Below are positions 9,777 to 18,833 of a stretch of DNA of 64,000 bases, piece by piece (position 1 is the stretch's first letter; every line of letters starts with the position of its first letter). The DNA comes from Oscillospiraceae bacterium (GTDB lineage Bacteria > Bacillota > Clostridia > Oscillospirales > Oscillospiraceae): positions 5,416 through 69,415 of the forward strand of contig JAGBQR010000027.1 in assembly GCA_017632775.1 (NCBI GenBank). The letters run 5' to 3'. A program made the translations under genes and the position numbers. The notes below the pieces were generated by a model. The model made no database searches, had not been told where the DNA came from, and was given only the letters and a program-made list of their open reading frames with translations.

Positions 9777-10784
9777 ATGAAACAGGAAGAGATCAGACAG
9801 CTTGCCCTCCGCACGGCAGCGGGCCTTGGGAAAGGACTGCTGAAGGGAGCCGGGTTTGCCGGAAAAACTGCTTTGAAAGGAGCCGGTGCTGCCGGGAAAA
9901 TGCTGCTGAAAAGCACCGCTGCGGGACTAAAAAGCCTGAGCAGAATGGACAGGAAGGATCTGGCCACGATCGGCTGCATCGCGGCTGCCGCAACGGCCGT
10001 TCCGGTCTTTCTCCTTGCACCGGGTTTCGCGACGAAAGAAAAAAAGGCTCCGTTCCTTCGCCGGAACTTTGCCCATCGGGGACTGCACTCCAGGGATCTT
10101 ACCGTACCGGAGAACTCACTCAAGGCATTCGAACTGGCCGCGGCTGCCGGATACGGGATCGAGCTGGACGTTCAGCTTTCACGCGACGGACAGGTGGTGG
10201 TGTTCCACGATGCGGAACTTGAACGGGTCTGCGGTGTGAAGGGGAAAGTGGAGGATCTTACCTTCGAGGAACTGCAGGAGCTGCAGCTTCTTCACACAGA
10301 GGAGAAGATCCCGCTGTTTACGGATGCGCTGGCAGTTATCCGGGGCAGGGGCCCTCTGATCGTGGAACTGAAAAACGGGAAGCGCAACAAGGAACTCTGT
10401 GAGAAAACGTATGAGATCCTGAAGAATTACAAGGGCGACTACTGCATCGAAAGTTTCAACCCCGTGATCGTCTCCTGGTTCCGGAAGCATGCCAAAGAGG
10501 TGTTCAGGGGACAGCTGGCTGCGCCGGTTCCGGAATACGAGGGAGAAGTGAACAGGTTCACGGCTTATCTGCTGAGTCATACGCTGCTGAATTTCCTCAG
10601 CCGGCCGCACTTTATCGCTTACAAGATCGGCCGCCGGCCGCCCTCCGTGAGGTTCAGCTGCGCGCTCGGTGCGATGAACGTGGGCTGGACTTCCCACGAG
10701 GTCCGGAACGAAAGGGGAAGAGCTGCCGTGATCTTCGAATTCTACCGTCCGAGACTGGTCTACCGGAACGGACACAGAAAATGA
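9777..10784 (+). CDS. glycerophosphodiester phosphodiesterase family protein with a Gly/Lys-rich N-terminal extension
   Basis: GDPD catalytic N-terminus FAHRGLH...ENSLKAFELAAAAGYGIELDVQLSRDGQVVVFHD. It is preceded by GLGKGLLKGAGFAGKTALKGAGAAGKMLLK and one hydrophobic helix. Confidence 0.8.
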   Translation: MKQEEIRQLALRTAAGLGKGLLKGAGFAGKTALKGAGAAGKMLLKSTAAGLKSLSRMDRKDLATIGCIAAAATAVPVFLLAPGFATKEKKAPFLRRNFAHRGLHSRDLTVPENSLKAFELAAAAGYGIELDVQLSRDGQVVVFHDAELERVCGVKGKVEDLTFEELQELQLLHTEEKIPLFTDALAVIRGRGPLIVELKNGKRNKELCEKTYEILKNYKGDYCIESFNPVIVSWFRKHAKEVFRGQLAAPVPEYEGEVNRFTAYLLSHTLLNFLSRPHFIAYKIGRRPPSVRFSCALGAMNVGWTSHEVRNERGRAAVIFEFYRPRLVYRNGHRK

Positions 10785-10803
10785 TCCGCCCGTCATGGTG
10801 AAA

Positions 10804-10842
10804 AAAAGACCTTTCCATGGATGATCCATGGAAAGGTCTTTT
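10804..10842. terminator. bidirectional terminator between the GDPD gene and rsmE
   Basis: 17-bp arms AAAAGACCTTTCCATGG / CCATGGAAAGGTCTTTT, loop ATGAT. Confidence 0.7.
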
Positions 10843-10853
10843 CCGTTTCAGAG

Positions 10854-11588
10854 TCAGGAAAGATTGCCTGTAGTGTACATCAGAGCAGAAAGCGCCACGA
10901 TGGGGGCTGTCTCACAGCGAAGGATGCGTTCGCCCATAGAGCACACATGCATGCCTACCGCTCTGGCCAGGTCCGCTTCAAAAGGAGCAAATCCCCCTTC
11001 CGGTCCGGTGACGATGGCTGCCGAACGGATCGACCGGCTGCTCTCAAGCACGCTGTTCAGGCTTTCGCGTTCACCGGCCTCATACATGAACAGACCCAGG
11101 TCCTTTTTCAGGACCACATTGAATACGTCGGCAAGCTCCCCCGTCCAGAACACGGAAGGGATGATCCCGCGGCCGGACTGTTTGGCCGCTTCTTCAGCGA
11201 TCCGCTGCCAGCGCTCCAGCTTTTTCTCGGGCTCGTCCGCTTTTGCCACACAGTAGGTGCTGTGGAAGAAACAGATCTCGGAGGCACCGGCCTCCACACC
11301 CTTCTGAATGATGTATTCGGTCTTCTCATTTCCCTTGGGAAGTCCGCACAGCAGTGTGACCGATACGCTCGGCTCCGCCTTGCAGGGCACGATCTCCACG
11401 ACTTCGGCCTGAACTTCATCCCTGTCGGCAAGCACGATGTGGCATTTGTAATCCGTTCCTTCCCCGTCGCAGAGGATCACATCATCTCCCGGACGGAGCC
11501 GGAGAACGCGCACATGTTCGGCATCGCGGCCTTTCATGATAGCCATGCCTCCCCGGATGTTGGTTCCTGCGATAAAAAACTTGGGCAT
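10854..11588 (-). CDS. rsmE: 16S rRNA (uracil1498-N3)-methyltransferase
   Basis: MPKFFIAG... N-terminus and SPOUT motif IVTGPEGGFAPFE. ATG at 11588. Confidence 0.85.
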   Translation of the reverse strand: MPKFFIAGTNIRGGMAIMKGRDAEHVRVLRLRPGDDVILCDGEGTDYKCHIVLADRDEVQAEVVEIVPCKAEPSVSVTLLCGLPKGNEKTEYIIQKGVEAGASEICFFHSTYCVAKADEPEKKLERWQRIAEEAAKQSGRGIIPSVFWTGELADVFNVVLKKDLGLFMYEAGERESLNSVLESSRSIRSAAIVTGPEGGFAPFEADLARAVGMHVCSMGERILRCETAPIVALSALMYTTGNLS

Positions 11589-11676
11589 GATTTCCTCCGT
11601 TCGTTCCTTCATCTGTGTCAGATCTGCCGTTTCATTATTGCACAAGTACGGTGGTTTTGCAACAAGCAAAGCACCC

Positions 11677-11704
11677 TTGACCACACTGCAAAAAGGATTA
11701 TAAT
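11677..11704 (+). promoter_or_regulatory. candidate sigma-A promoter of the AAA+ gene: -35 TTGACC, 16-nt spacer, -10 TATAAT
   Basis: Hexamers at 11677-11682 and 11699-11704. Confidence 0.45.
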
Positions 11705-11762
11705 AAATAGTTGCAGTATTATGATTCGGAAGAAAAACAGAGAAGGAACGGAGGACCGAGCA

Positions 11763-13211
11763 ATGCCGACGACATGGAACCGCTCACCGGAGGAATTCCA
11801 CAAGATCTATATCGCCAATACCGATGCCTTTTACAAGGTGGGCAGCAGCAGTCTGGCCCCGCAGCTGGATGAATTCCTGACAAGCTGCGCGCTGGGCCTG
11901 TGGAACCGTTCCGGAGGGATCACGGAAAGACATGTGGAGATGGCGAACCAGATCTACTCCCGCAACCGCCCCCAGCCGAAGTGGCTGCTGTGGAACCTTA
12001 CCTCATCGGTATGCGAAAAGGATCTCTTCACCCCTCCCGCCTTTTTCTGGAATCTTGCGGAGAGCGACGCGAAGAGAGGATCCGAGACATCGCGGACCTT
12101 CATCCGGATGCTCACGAATATCCTCATGTATCTGGCTGCCACGGATGATGATGTGACCTATGCGGAAGCGGAGTTTATCACGGAAGCCATCGACAAGCTC
12201 ACAGCCATCTGCGACACGACCGGCGTCCGCAAGAGCAAGGACACGCTCAACCCGCTGGACTATGTGACCAGCAGCGATCCGGGCTTTCTTGCCAGACGGG
12301 GGACCCAGTCTTCGAGCGGTTCCGCCGCTGAGACACAGAGTGCGAAGGAAGCGGTCCAGCAGGAAAAACCGGATCTGGATGAGCTTATGGACGAACTCAA
12401 CGAGCTGGTCGGACTGGAAGAGGTCAAGAAAGACATCAAGAATCTGATGAATCTCGTAAAAGTCCGCAAGCTTCGGGAGCAGAACGGCCTGCCGGTCACA
12501 CCGATGTCTCTGCATATGGTGTTTCTCGGCAATCCCGGTACCGGAAAAACGACGATCGCACGGCTCGTAAGCGGGCTGTACGCCGCGATCGGGGTGCTGA
12601 GCAAAGGGCAGCTGGTGGAAGTGGACCGGGCCGGTCTCGTAGCGGGATACGTGGGGCAGACGGCCCTGAAGACCCAGGAAGTGATCCGCGCGGCCCTCGG
12701 AGGCGTGCTTTTCATCGATGAAGCCTATTCCCTTTCTTCGGGAGGGGAGAACGACTTCGGCAGGGAAGCAATCGAGACGATCCTGAAAGCGATGGAAGAT
12801 CATCGCGACGATCTGATCGTGATCGTCGCGGGTTATACCGATCCGATGGAGAAATTCCTTTCCTCCAACCCCGGACTGGAGTCGCGCTTCAACAAATATT
12901 TCTTTTTCCCGGATTATAACGGGGAGCAGCTGATGGCCATCTTCGAGGGAAAGCTGAAGAAAAACAGCTATGTGCTGTCTGATGAGGCCAGGGAAGAAGC
13001 CCGGAAGCTGTTTGACGAGATGTATGAGAACCGGACGGAAAACTTCGGGAACGGACGCGATGTCCGGAACTGTTTTGAGGATATGATCGTCCGGCAGGCG
13101 AACCGGGTCGCGGAAATGGAGGCTCCGGGAAAGGAAGATCTGATGCAGGTCCTGCCGGAGGATCTGAGAGATCCGGAGGAGGTCCCGGAGAGCGGAACGG
13201 ATGCGGAATGA
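11763..13211 (+). CDS. AAA+ ATPase, CbbX/SpoVK type, with an unassigned ~240-aa N-terminal region
   Basis: Walker A GNPGTGKTT and Walker B VLFIDEAYSL. ATG 11763 follows a GGAGG RBS. The ORF-track start at 10821 is the antisense of rsmE. Confidence 0.8.
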   Translation: MPTTWNRSPEEFHKIYIANTDAFYKVGSSSLAPQLDEFLTSCALGLWNRSGGITERHVEMANQIYSRNRPQPKWLLWNLTSSVCEKDLFTPPAFFWNLAESDAKRGSETSRTFIRMLTNILMYLAATDDDVTYAEAEFITEAIDKLTAICDTTGVRKSKDTLNPLDYVTSSDPGFLARRGTQSSSGSAAETQSAKEAVQQEKPDLDELMDELNELVGLEEVKKDIKNLMNLVKVRKLREQNGLPVTPMSLHMVFLGNPGTGKTTIARLVSGLYAAIGVLSKGQLVEVDRAGLVAGYVGQTALKTQEVIRAALGGVLFIDEAYSLSSGGENDFGREAIETILKAMEDHRDDLIVIVAGYTDPMEKFLSSNPGLESRFNKYFFFPDYNGEQLMAIFEGKLKKNSYVLSDEAREEARKLFDEMYENRTENFGNGRDVRNCFEDMIVRQANRVAEMEAPGKEDLMQVLPEDLRDPEEVPESGTDAE

Positions 13212-13301
13212 ACTGCAAAAGTTCATGATTGCTTTACAAATTCCGGAAAACCGGATATATAATGAAGAAAACGCAGTAATATCAGAAAGGATGACAGAAA
13301 A

Positions 13302-13790
13302 ATGGGACTCATAAAGGGACTTCTTAAAGTCGGACTTGCAGCAGGAGCGGTTTTTGCAGCCGCGAAGATCGTCGACCGCTATAAGGAAAACAATCCGGAA
13401 GGCGTCGGAACTGCAGACGAGAAGATCACGGAATTCAAGAGGGCTGCACGCGAGGTTTATGGAGAGACGACCGAATATGTAAAGGAAAAAGCTCCTGAAG
13501 TGATGGAAAAGGTCAATGAGACCGTCCAGCAGGTATCGGATTTTGCAGCCGAGAAGATGCCCGGTGTGACCGCGGCCGTACAGAATGTCGTGGAAAAGGC
13601 GCAGGAGAAGGCACCTGAGGTGGTCGAAAAAGTCCAGGCTGCTGTAGAGAAGGTCCAGGAGCGTGTGGTGCATTTCGCTGAAGAAGTGTCCGAGAGCGAT
13701 AAGACGCCGGAAGAGAATTTTGAAGACGTCGTTGATGCGGAATTCGCGCAGGAAGAAGCTCCGGCGGAAGAAGAACCGAAAGAAGACTGA
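13302..13790 (+). CDS. hypothetical protein: N-terminal hydrophobic helix, E/K/V-rich helical repeats, acidic tail
   Basis: 162 aa with GLLKVGLAAGAVFAAAKIV, then the repeats EKAPEVMEKV / EKAPEVVEKV. It has its own terminator. Function unknown. Confidence 0.6.
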   Translation: MGLIKGLLKVGLAAGAVFAAAKIVDRYKENNPEGVGTADEKITEFKRAAREVYGETTEYVKEKAPEVMEKVNETVQQVSDFAAEKMPGVTAAVQNVVEKAQEKAPEVVEKVQAAVEKVQERVVHFAEEVSESDKTPEENFEDVVDAEFAQEEAPAEEEPKED

Positions 13791-13798
13791 CCCGAAGC

Positions 13799-13832
13799 AA
13801 AAGAGAGACCGCTTCAAGGCGGTCTCTCTTTT
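13799..13832 (+). terminator. intrinsic terminator
   Basis: AAAAGAGAGACCGC / GCGGTCTCTCTTTT arms with a U-tract. Confidence 0.7.
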
Positions 13833-13863
13833 CAATGTTCATGAGGTGAAAGGAACGGAAAAG

Positions 13864-15300
13864 ATGAAAATACGCGCGACAGTTGCACTGATCCTCACGG
13901 CGATGCTGCTCCTCTCCGCCTGCGGAAATACCGTGCCGGTGCCGGATGACGGATACGATATCGTCCTTGTCACGGAACCCGTGGAGAACAGCTCTGATCC
14001 GGGCACGCAGTCTCCGGCCGGGACAGGAGCATGGCAGCCAACGGTCGTACTGGCGGACGAACTGTTTTCCGGTTACGGATTCCGGCATCAGCAATGCCTG
14101 GAGAGCGGCATTTACCGTTTTACGGAAAGCAATTCGGCCAATGTGAAGTGGAAGGTCTATATTCTCGACCGGGAGTTTACCGACGCAGAGAGATACATTC
14201 CCCAGGCATATTCCTGCGCGCTGGAAGGAAACGGTGTGATCCGTCTGGAGAAAGGCACCTGGGTCTATATTTACTGTCCGTGCAACGAATGGACCGGAGC
14301 GGAAGCCCCGGAAGGCTGCGCCTACAGCTGGGGGCTCGATCCGGCTGCAACTGCGGCGGATATCACCGCTACCGTGCCGCCGTTCGCACAGCAGACGCAG
14401 GAGACGGTTCCTGTTTCCACACCGGCTCCTGAACCTACCCCGGCACCGACTCCGAAAATGCTGACGATCACAAAGCATCCTACCGGAGAGAGCTTTACGC
14501 AGGGAGGCCAGGCGTGGTTCATTGCCAGAGCGGACAACGCGGATTCCATTACATGGGAATTTCTCGACGCAACCGGGGCCGCGAACAGTGTGGAAGAGGC
14601 AAAGGCAAAGAATCCGGGCCTTACTGTGGACATCTATGACGGAGGAGAGTCGCTTTGTATCGGCAATGTGCCGATCAGCATGAACAACTGGTCCGCACGG
14701 GCAAGATTCACCGGAGCAGGAAGCACTCTTTATTCCAATCCCGCCCGGATCACGGTAACGGCGATCACGGATTTCCGAACGGCATATACCAGTGTTTTCG
14801 AAAACTATCTTGCTCTTGTCGGGGGAGGGACCGATACCTATGATCTCGCCACGGATCTGACGCTCAACGGTATCCTTCTCGGGTATTTCCTGAAGGATCT
14901 GGACGGGGACGGAACGCAGGAGATCCTGTTCGGACAGATCGGAGGGACGACGGGAACGCTCTGGGACCACATCGTCTATTCGGTATTCACACTGGACAAC
15001 GGAAAACCTGTAAAGGTGTTCAAGAGTTCTGCCAGGGACCGTCTGTACTTCACAGGGACCGGCTTTATCCGTGAGGGTTCAAGCGGCGCTTCGGAGAGCG
15101 ATTTCTATTCCTGCAGCTACGCAAAGGGAGCGCTTACGGTATCGGAAGGCGTGTATAATACGGCGGAAGGCTATTTCTATGTCACCGGAGGGGACAGGAA
15201 CAGCGCTGCCGCAACGCCGATCAGCAGCGACACGTTCAACGCTGCGGTCGTGACCTTTGAAAGCAGTATAACGGCTATGACGCTCACCCCGATCGTGTGA
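13864..15300 (+). CDS. lipoprotein, function unknown; paralog of 47074-48132
   Basis: MKIRATVALILTAMLLLSAC-G signal peptide plus lipobox. Pro/Thr linker, an Ig-like ~100-aa segment, then a DLDGDGTQEILFG (FG-GAP/VCBS-like) C-terminal part. Confidence 0.75.
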   Translation: MKIRATVALILTAMLLLSACGNTVPVPDDGYDIVLVTEPVENSSDPGTQSPAGTGAWQPTVVLADELFSGYGFRHQQCLESGIYRFTESNSANVKWKVYILDREFTDAERYIPQAYSCALEGNGVIRLEKGTWVYIYCPCNEWTGAEAPEGCAYSWGLDPAATAADITATVPPFAQQTQETVPVSTPAPEPTPAPTPKMLTITKHPTGESFTQGGQAWFIARADNADSITWEFLDATGAANSVEEAKAKNPGLTVDIYDGGESLCIGNVPISMNNWSARARFTGAGSTLYSNPARITVTAITDFRTAYTSVFENYLALVGGGTDTYDLATDLTLNGILLGYFLKDLDGDGTQEILFGQIGGTTGTLWDHIVYSVFTLDNGKPVKVFKSSARDRLYFTGTGFIREGSSGASESDFYSCSYAKGALTVSEGVYNTAEGYFYVTGGDRNSAAATPISSDTFNAAVVTFESSITAMTLTPIV

Positions 15301-15319
15301 ACGGGAAGAAAAAACAGTT

Positions 15320-15355
15320 TCCGGGACGGCCTTCCTGCCGTCCCGGATCTTTTTT
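15320..15355 (+). terminator. intrinsic terminator
   Basis: TCCGGGACGGC / GCCGTCCCGGA arms followed by TCTTTTTT. Confidence 0.7.
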
Positions 15356-15434
15356 GCGGCGTACAGGGATTGACAGAACAGCGGGATCCGTGTTAAACAG
15401 AGTAAAACATTCATGCGGAAGGCTGAGCAGGAAT

Positions 15435-16847
15435 ATGGCGGGAAAGGATATGGAAAAGGCCCTGGCTATCGCGGAAAAGGTCGCCCGGGAGGGAGGCAGG
15501 AGCTTCTTTGTCGGCGGTTTCGTACGGGACAGGATCCGGGGAGAAGAGAACAAGGATATCGATATGGAGGTGCACCGGATCTCTTTTGAGAAGCTTCAGG
15601 AGATCCTGGAAAGCGAAGGAAGGTGCATCGTGATCGGAGCCGGTTTCGGGATCTTCAGTCTGAAAGGCTTCCGGCTGGATGTGGCAATGCCGCGCACGGA
15701 AAAAACGACCGGCCGGGGACACCGGGATTTTGCCGTGGATGTCGATCCGTTCATCGGAGAAGAGAGAGCGGCGGCGCGGAGAGACTTTACGATGAACGCA
15801 CTGATGCAGGATGTCCTCACCGGTGAGATCCTGGACTTTACCGGGGGGATTTCGGATATCCGGAACAGGATCATCCGGCATGTCGATCCCCGTTCTTTCG
15901 GAGAGGATCCGCTCCGGGCACTGCGGGGATGTCAGTTCGCCGCGCGTTTTGGCTATTCGATCGCGGAGGAGACGGTCGCCCTCTGCCGTGAGATGGATCT
16001 CTCGGCGCTGCCGGGGGAAAGAGTTTTTGAAGAACTGAAAAAGGCGCTCCTCCAGGCAGACTGTCCGTCGGTCTTTTTTGAAGAGCTTCGGAGGATGGAT
16101 GGGCTTGCGGTCTGGTTTGCGGAGCTGGAAAAGATGATCGGTGTGCCGCAGGACCCTGTTTTTCATCCGGAAGGAGATGTATGGAACCATACGATGCGAA
16201 CGGTCGATGAAGCCGCGAAGCTGCGAAGCATGGCACGGGAGCCGCTCTATTTCATGCTGGCGGCGCTTTGCCATGATATGGGCAAACCGGCGGCTACGCA
16301 GGAGATCAACGGACGCTTCCATGCTTATGGCCATGACGAAGGCGGTGTGGCGACCGCGGAGCGGTTTCTCCGGAAGATCACGGCGGAAAAGCGTCTGATC
16401 GCCTATGTCTGCGATGCGGTCCGGCTCCACATGCGTCCGAACATGCTGGTCCAGCAGAAGGCTTCGGACAAAGCATACCGGCGTCTGTTCGATCAGTCCT
16501 GTGTTCCGGAAGATCTGCTTCTGCTTGCAAAAGCGGATTATCTGGCCAGCCTTGCAGAGGGAAGCTACCGGGAGACAGAGAGAAAACTGCGTGAACAGCT
16601 GGAGGGATACCGGAGACTGATGGAAAGACCCTATGTGCAGGCAAAGGATCTTCTGGAAGCGGGAGTACAGCCGGGACCGGATATCCGGGAGGGCCTGGCA
16701 TATCTGCATAAACTCCGGCTGGCGGATGTGGATCGGGAAGAGGCGCTGACGCAGACGCTTGGCCATATACGCGCCCGGCACAGATCGGATGGATCGGAGA
16801 AAAACAGAAATGCTGACAGAGAAGAGAAAAAAACAGGGGATCGCTGA
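15435..16847 (+). CDS. cca: CCA-adding tRNA nucleotidyltransferase with HD domain
   Basis: GGFVRDRIRGEENKDIDMEV nucleotidyltransferase motif and HD motif ALCHDMGKP. The start is 15435 or 15450. Confidence 0.8.
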   Translation: MAGKDMEKALAIAEKVAREGGRSFFVGGFVRDRIRGEENKDIDMEVHRISFEKLQEILESEGRCIVIGAGFGIFSLKGFRLDVAMPRTEKTTGRGHRDFAVDVDPFIGEERAAARRDFTMNALMQDVLTGEILDFTGGISDIRNRIIRHVDPRSFGEDPLRALRGCQFAARFGYSIAEETVALCREMDLSALPGERVFEELKKALLQADCPSVFFEELRRMDGLAVWFAELEKMIGVPQDPVFHPEGDVWNHTMRTVDEAAKLRSMAREPLYFMLAALCHDMGKPAATQEINGRFHAYGHDEGGVATAERFLRKITAEKRLIAYVCDAVRLHMRPNMLVQQKASDKAYRRLFDQSCVPEDLLLLAKADYLASLAEGSYRETERKLREQLEGYRRLMERPYVQAKDLLEAGVQPGPDIREGLAYLHKLRLADVDREEALTQTLGHIRARHRSDGSEKNRNADREEKKTGDR

Positions 16848-17685
16848 AATGCTGGCCTGCGCGGCCCTTTGGAGCAGCGCGGGCATCCTGATCAAGCTTC
16901 TTCCGTGGAACGGCTTTGCAGTCGCTTCACTGCGAAGTCTGATAGCAGGCTGCACGATCCTTTTCTATATGGGTATAACACGGAAAAAACTGATCTTTGA
17001 CCGCCTGACGATCCTGTCGGGGATCATGACAGGCTGCGTGTATATCTGCTTTTCCGTTGCAAACAAGCTTACGACGGCAGCAAACGCCATTGTCCTTCAG
17101 TTTACCAGTCCGGTGTTCGTGCTTCTGTTTTCGGCGGTGATGCTGAAGAAGCGGCTTTTCCTGCGCGATCTGATCACGGTCCTCCTGACCCTGGCGGGGA
17201 TCACGCTCGTTTTCTTCGACAAGCTGGAAAAAGGATTTCTTCTGGGCAATATCGTGGCAATCACAGCGGGAGTATTCATGGCGGGGATGTTCGTTGCCGT
17301 GGGCGAGATGGATGGAGACCGCCGTTTCAGCTGCATCACGATCGGGCAGTTTTTCACCTTTCTGGCAGGCCTCCCCTTCGTAATCGCGACAAAGCCGGCA
17401 TTCACGACAGTCACGCTGCTGAGCCTTTGCGCATTGGGGATCTTCCAGCTGGGGATCTCCTATATCCTGTATGTCCGGGCATCACAGAGCTGTCCGCCTC
17501 TGGCATGCTGCCTCCTTGCAGGACTGGAACCGCTGCTCAATCCGATCTGGGTGATGCTGTTTGACGGAGAAACGCCAGGTCTCCTTGCCCTTTTCGGAGG
17601 ACTGATCGTGATCGTTACCATCACAGTCTGGTGCGCGCTGGACGGCAGAGCGGAAAAAAACGCTGCTGCCGGCGGGACAGGATGA
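16810..17685 (+). CDS. EamA/DMT-family transporter
   Basis: Two-halved polytopic hydrophobic profile typical of EamA. ATG 16810 overlaps the cca 3-prime end. Confidence 0.7.
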   Translation: MLTEKRKKQGIAEMLACAALWSSAGILIKLLPWNGFAVASLRSLIAGCTILFYMGITRKKLIFDRLTILSGIMTGCVYICFSVANKLTTAANAIVLQFTSPVFVLLFSAVMLKKRLFLRDLITVLLTLAGITLVFFDKLEKGFLLGNIVAITAGVFMAGMFVAVGEMDGDRRFSCITIGQFFTFLAGLPFVIATKPAFTTVTLLSLCALGIFQLGISYILYVRASQSCPPLACCLLAGLEPLLNPIWVMLFDGETPGLLALFGGLIVIVTITVWCALDGRAEKNAAAGGTG

Positions 17686-17720
17686 AAGAGTCCGGAGAGA
17701 TCCGGACTCTTTTCTTTTTT
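17685..17720 (+). terminator. intrinsic terminator
   Basis: AAAGAGTCCGGA / TCCGGACTCTTT arms, loop GAGA, followed by TCTTTTTT. Confidence 0.75.
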
Positions 17721-17819
17721 GAAAAACAAAAAAGGGTTTTTCAAAAATAAAACGTATAGATGAAACAGAGGGATAACAGAAATCGTCCTATCGTACAGGA
17801 GAGGAAAAGAGGAGAACAG

Positions 17820-18824
17820 ATGCCCTGCCTCAGAGAAGAACGTGAAAAACTGGAGCACATGATCATCGGGGAGTACGGCCTGCTTTCGGAAAACTCCCGC
17901 GGCAGACTGATCCCGGAAGAAGAATGTGAGATGCGTACCTGTTTCCAGAGAGATGTGGACCGCATCACCCATTCCAAATCGTTTCGCCGTCTCAAGCATA
18001 AGACACAGGTCTTTCTGCAGCCGGAAGGAGATCATTACAGGACGCGCCTGACGCATACGCTGGAAGTGACGCGTCTTGCACGGACAGTGGCCCGTGCGCT
18101 CAGGCTCAATGAAGATCTGGTGGAGGCGATGAGCCTTGGCCATGATCTTGGACATACGCCGTTCGGACATGCCGGGGAACGCGCTCTGAACAAGATCTAT
18201 TCAGAGGGATTCAAGCATTACGAGCAGAGTCTGCGTGTGACGGATGTGCTGGAAAGAGATGGAAGAGGGCTGAATCTCTGTTATGAGACCCGGATGGGGA
18301 TCCTCCACCACACACACGGGACCGCGGATGACATACCGGAGGCGACCGTGGTCCGGCTGTGCGACCGGATCGCGTATATCAACCATGACCTGGACGATTC
18401 GATCCGAGCAGGGATCCTGACGGAGGAAGAGGTCCCGCCGCTGATCCGGGAAAAATGCGGGACACGAAACAGCGAACGCATCAACTCCCTGCTGACGGAC
18501 CTGATCCGCAACAGTGCGGGAGGAAAACTCCGGATGTCCGGGGAGATGCAGAAGGTGTTCGACTATTTCCATGCGTATATGTATTCGGATATCTATGTGA
18601 ATCCGCTGGCAAAAGGAGAAGAAAGCAAGGTAGAGGGGATCCTGACGCATCTTTTTGAATACTATATCACCCATCCGGATGCATTTCCCGCGGATTACCG
18701 TTCCGTGATGGAGAAAGAAGGCATCGAACGGGCAGCTGTGGATTATATTTCCGGGATGACAGACAGCTATGCGATCGAGATCTATGAACGGCTGTTCATC
18801 CCCTTCGCCTGGAATGTGAAGTGA
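17820..18824 (+). CDS. dgt: dGTPase-like dNTP triphosphohydrolase (HD domain)
   Basis: FQRDVDRITHSKSFRRLKHKTQVF, RTRLTHTLEV and GHDLGHTPFGHAGE. ATG 17820 is preceded by GAGGAG. Confidence 0.85.
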   Translation: MPCLREEREKLEHMIIGEYGLLSENSRGRLIPEEECEMRTCFQRDVDRITHSKSFRRLKHKTQVFLQPEGDHYRTRLTHTLEVTRLARTVARALRLNEDLVEAMSLGHDLGHTPFGHAGERALNKIYSEGFKHYEQSLRVTDVLERDGRGLNLCYETRMGILHHTHGTADDIPEATVVRLCDRIAYINHDLDDSIRAGILTEEEVPPLIREKCGTRNSERINSLLTDLIRNSAGGKLRMSGEMQKVFDYFHAYMYSDIYVNPLAKGEESKVEGILTHLFEYYITHPDAFPADYRSVMEKEGIERAAVDYISGMTDSYAIEIYERLFIPFAWNVK

Positions 18825-18833
18825 GGGGAGAAA

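Noticed and set aside
10821-13211. A 796-aa plus-strand ORF suggesting a much larger AAA+ protein.
   Set aside because: Its first 314 codons are the codon-aligned antisense of rsmE and run through the intergenic promoter. The real start is ATG 11763, which has a GGAGG RBS.
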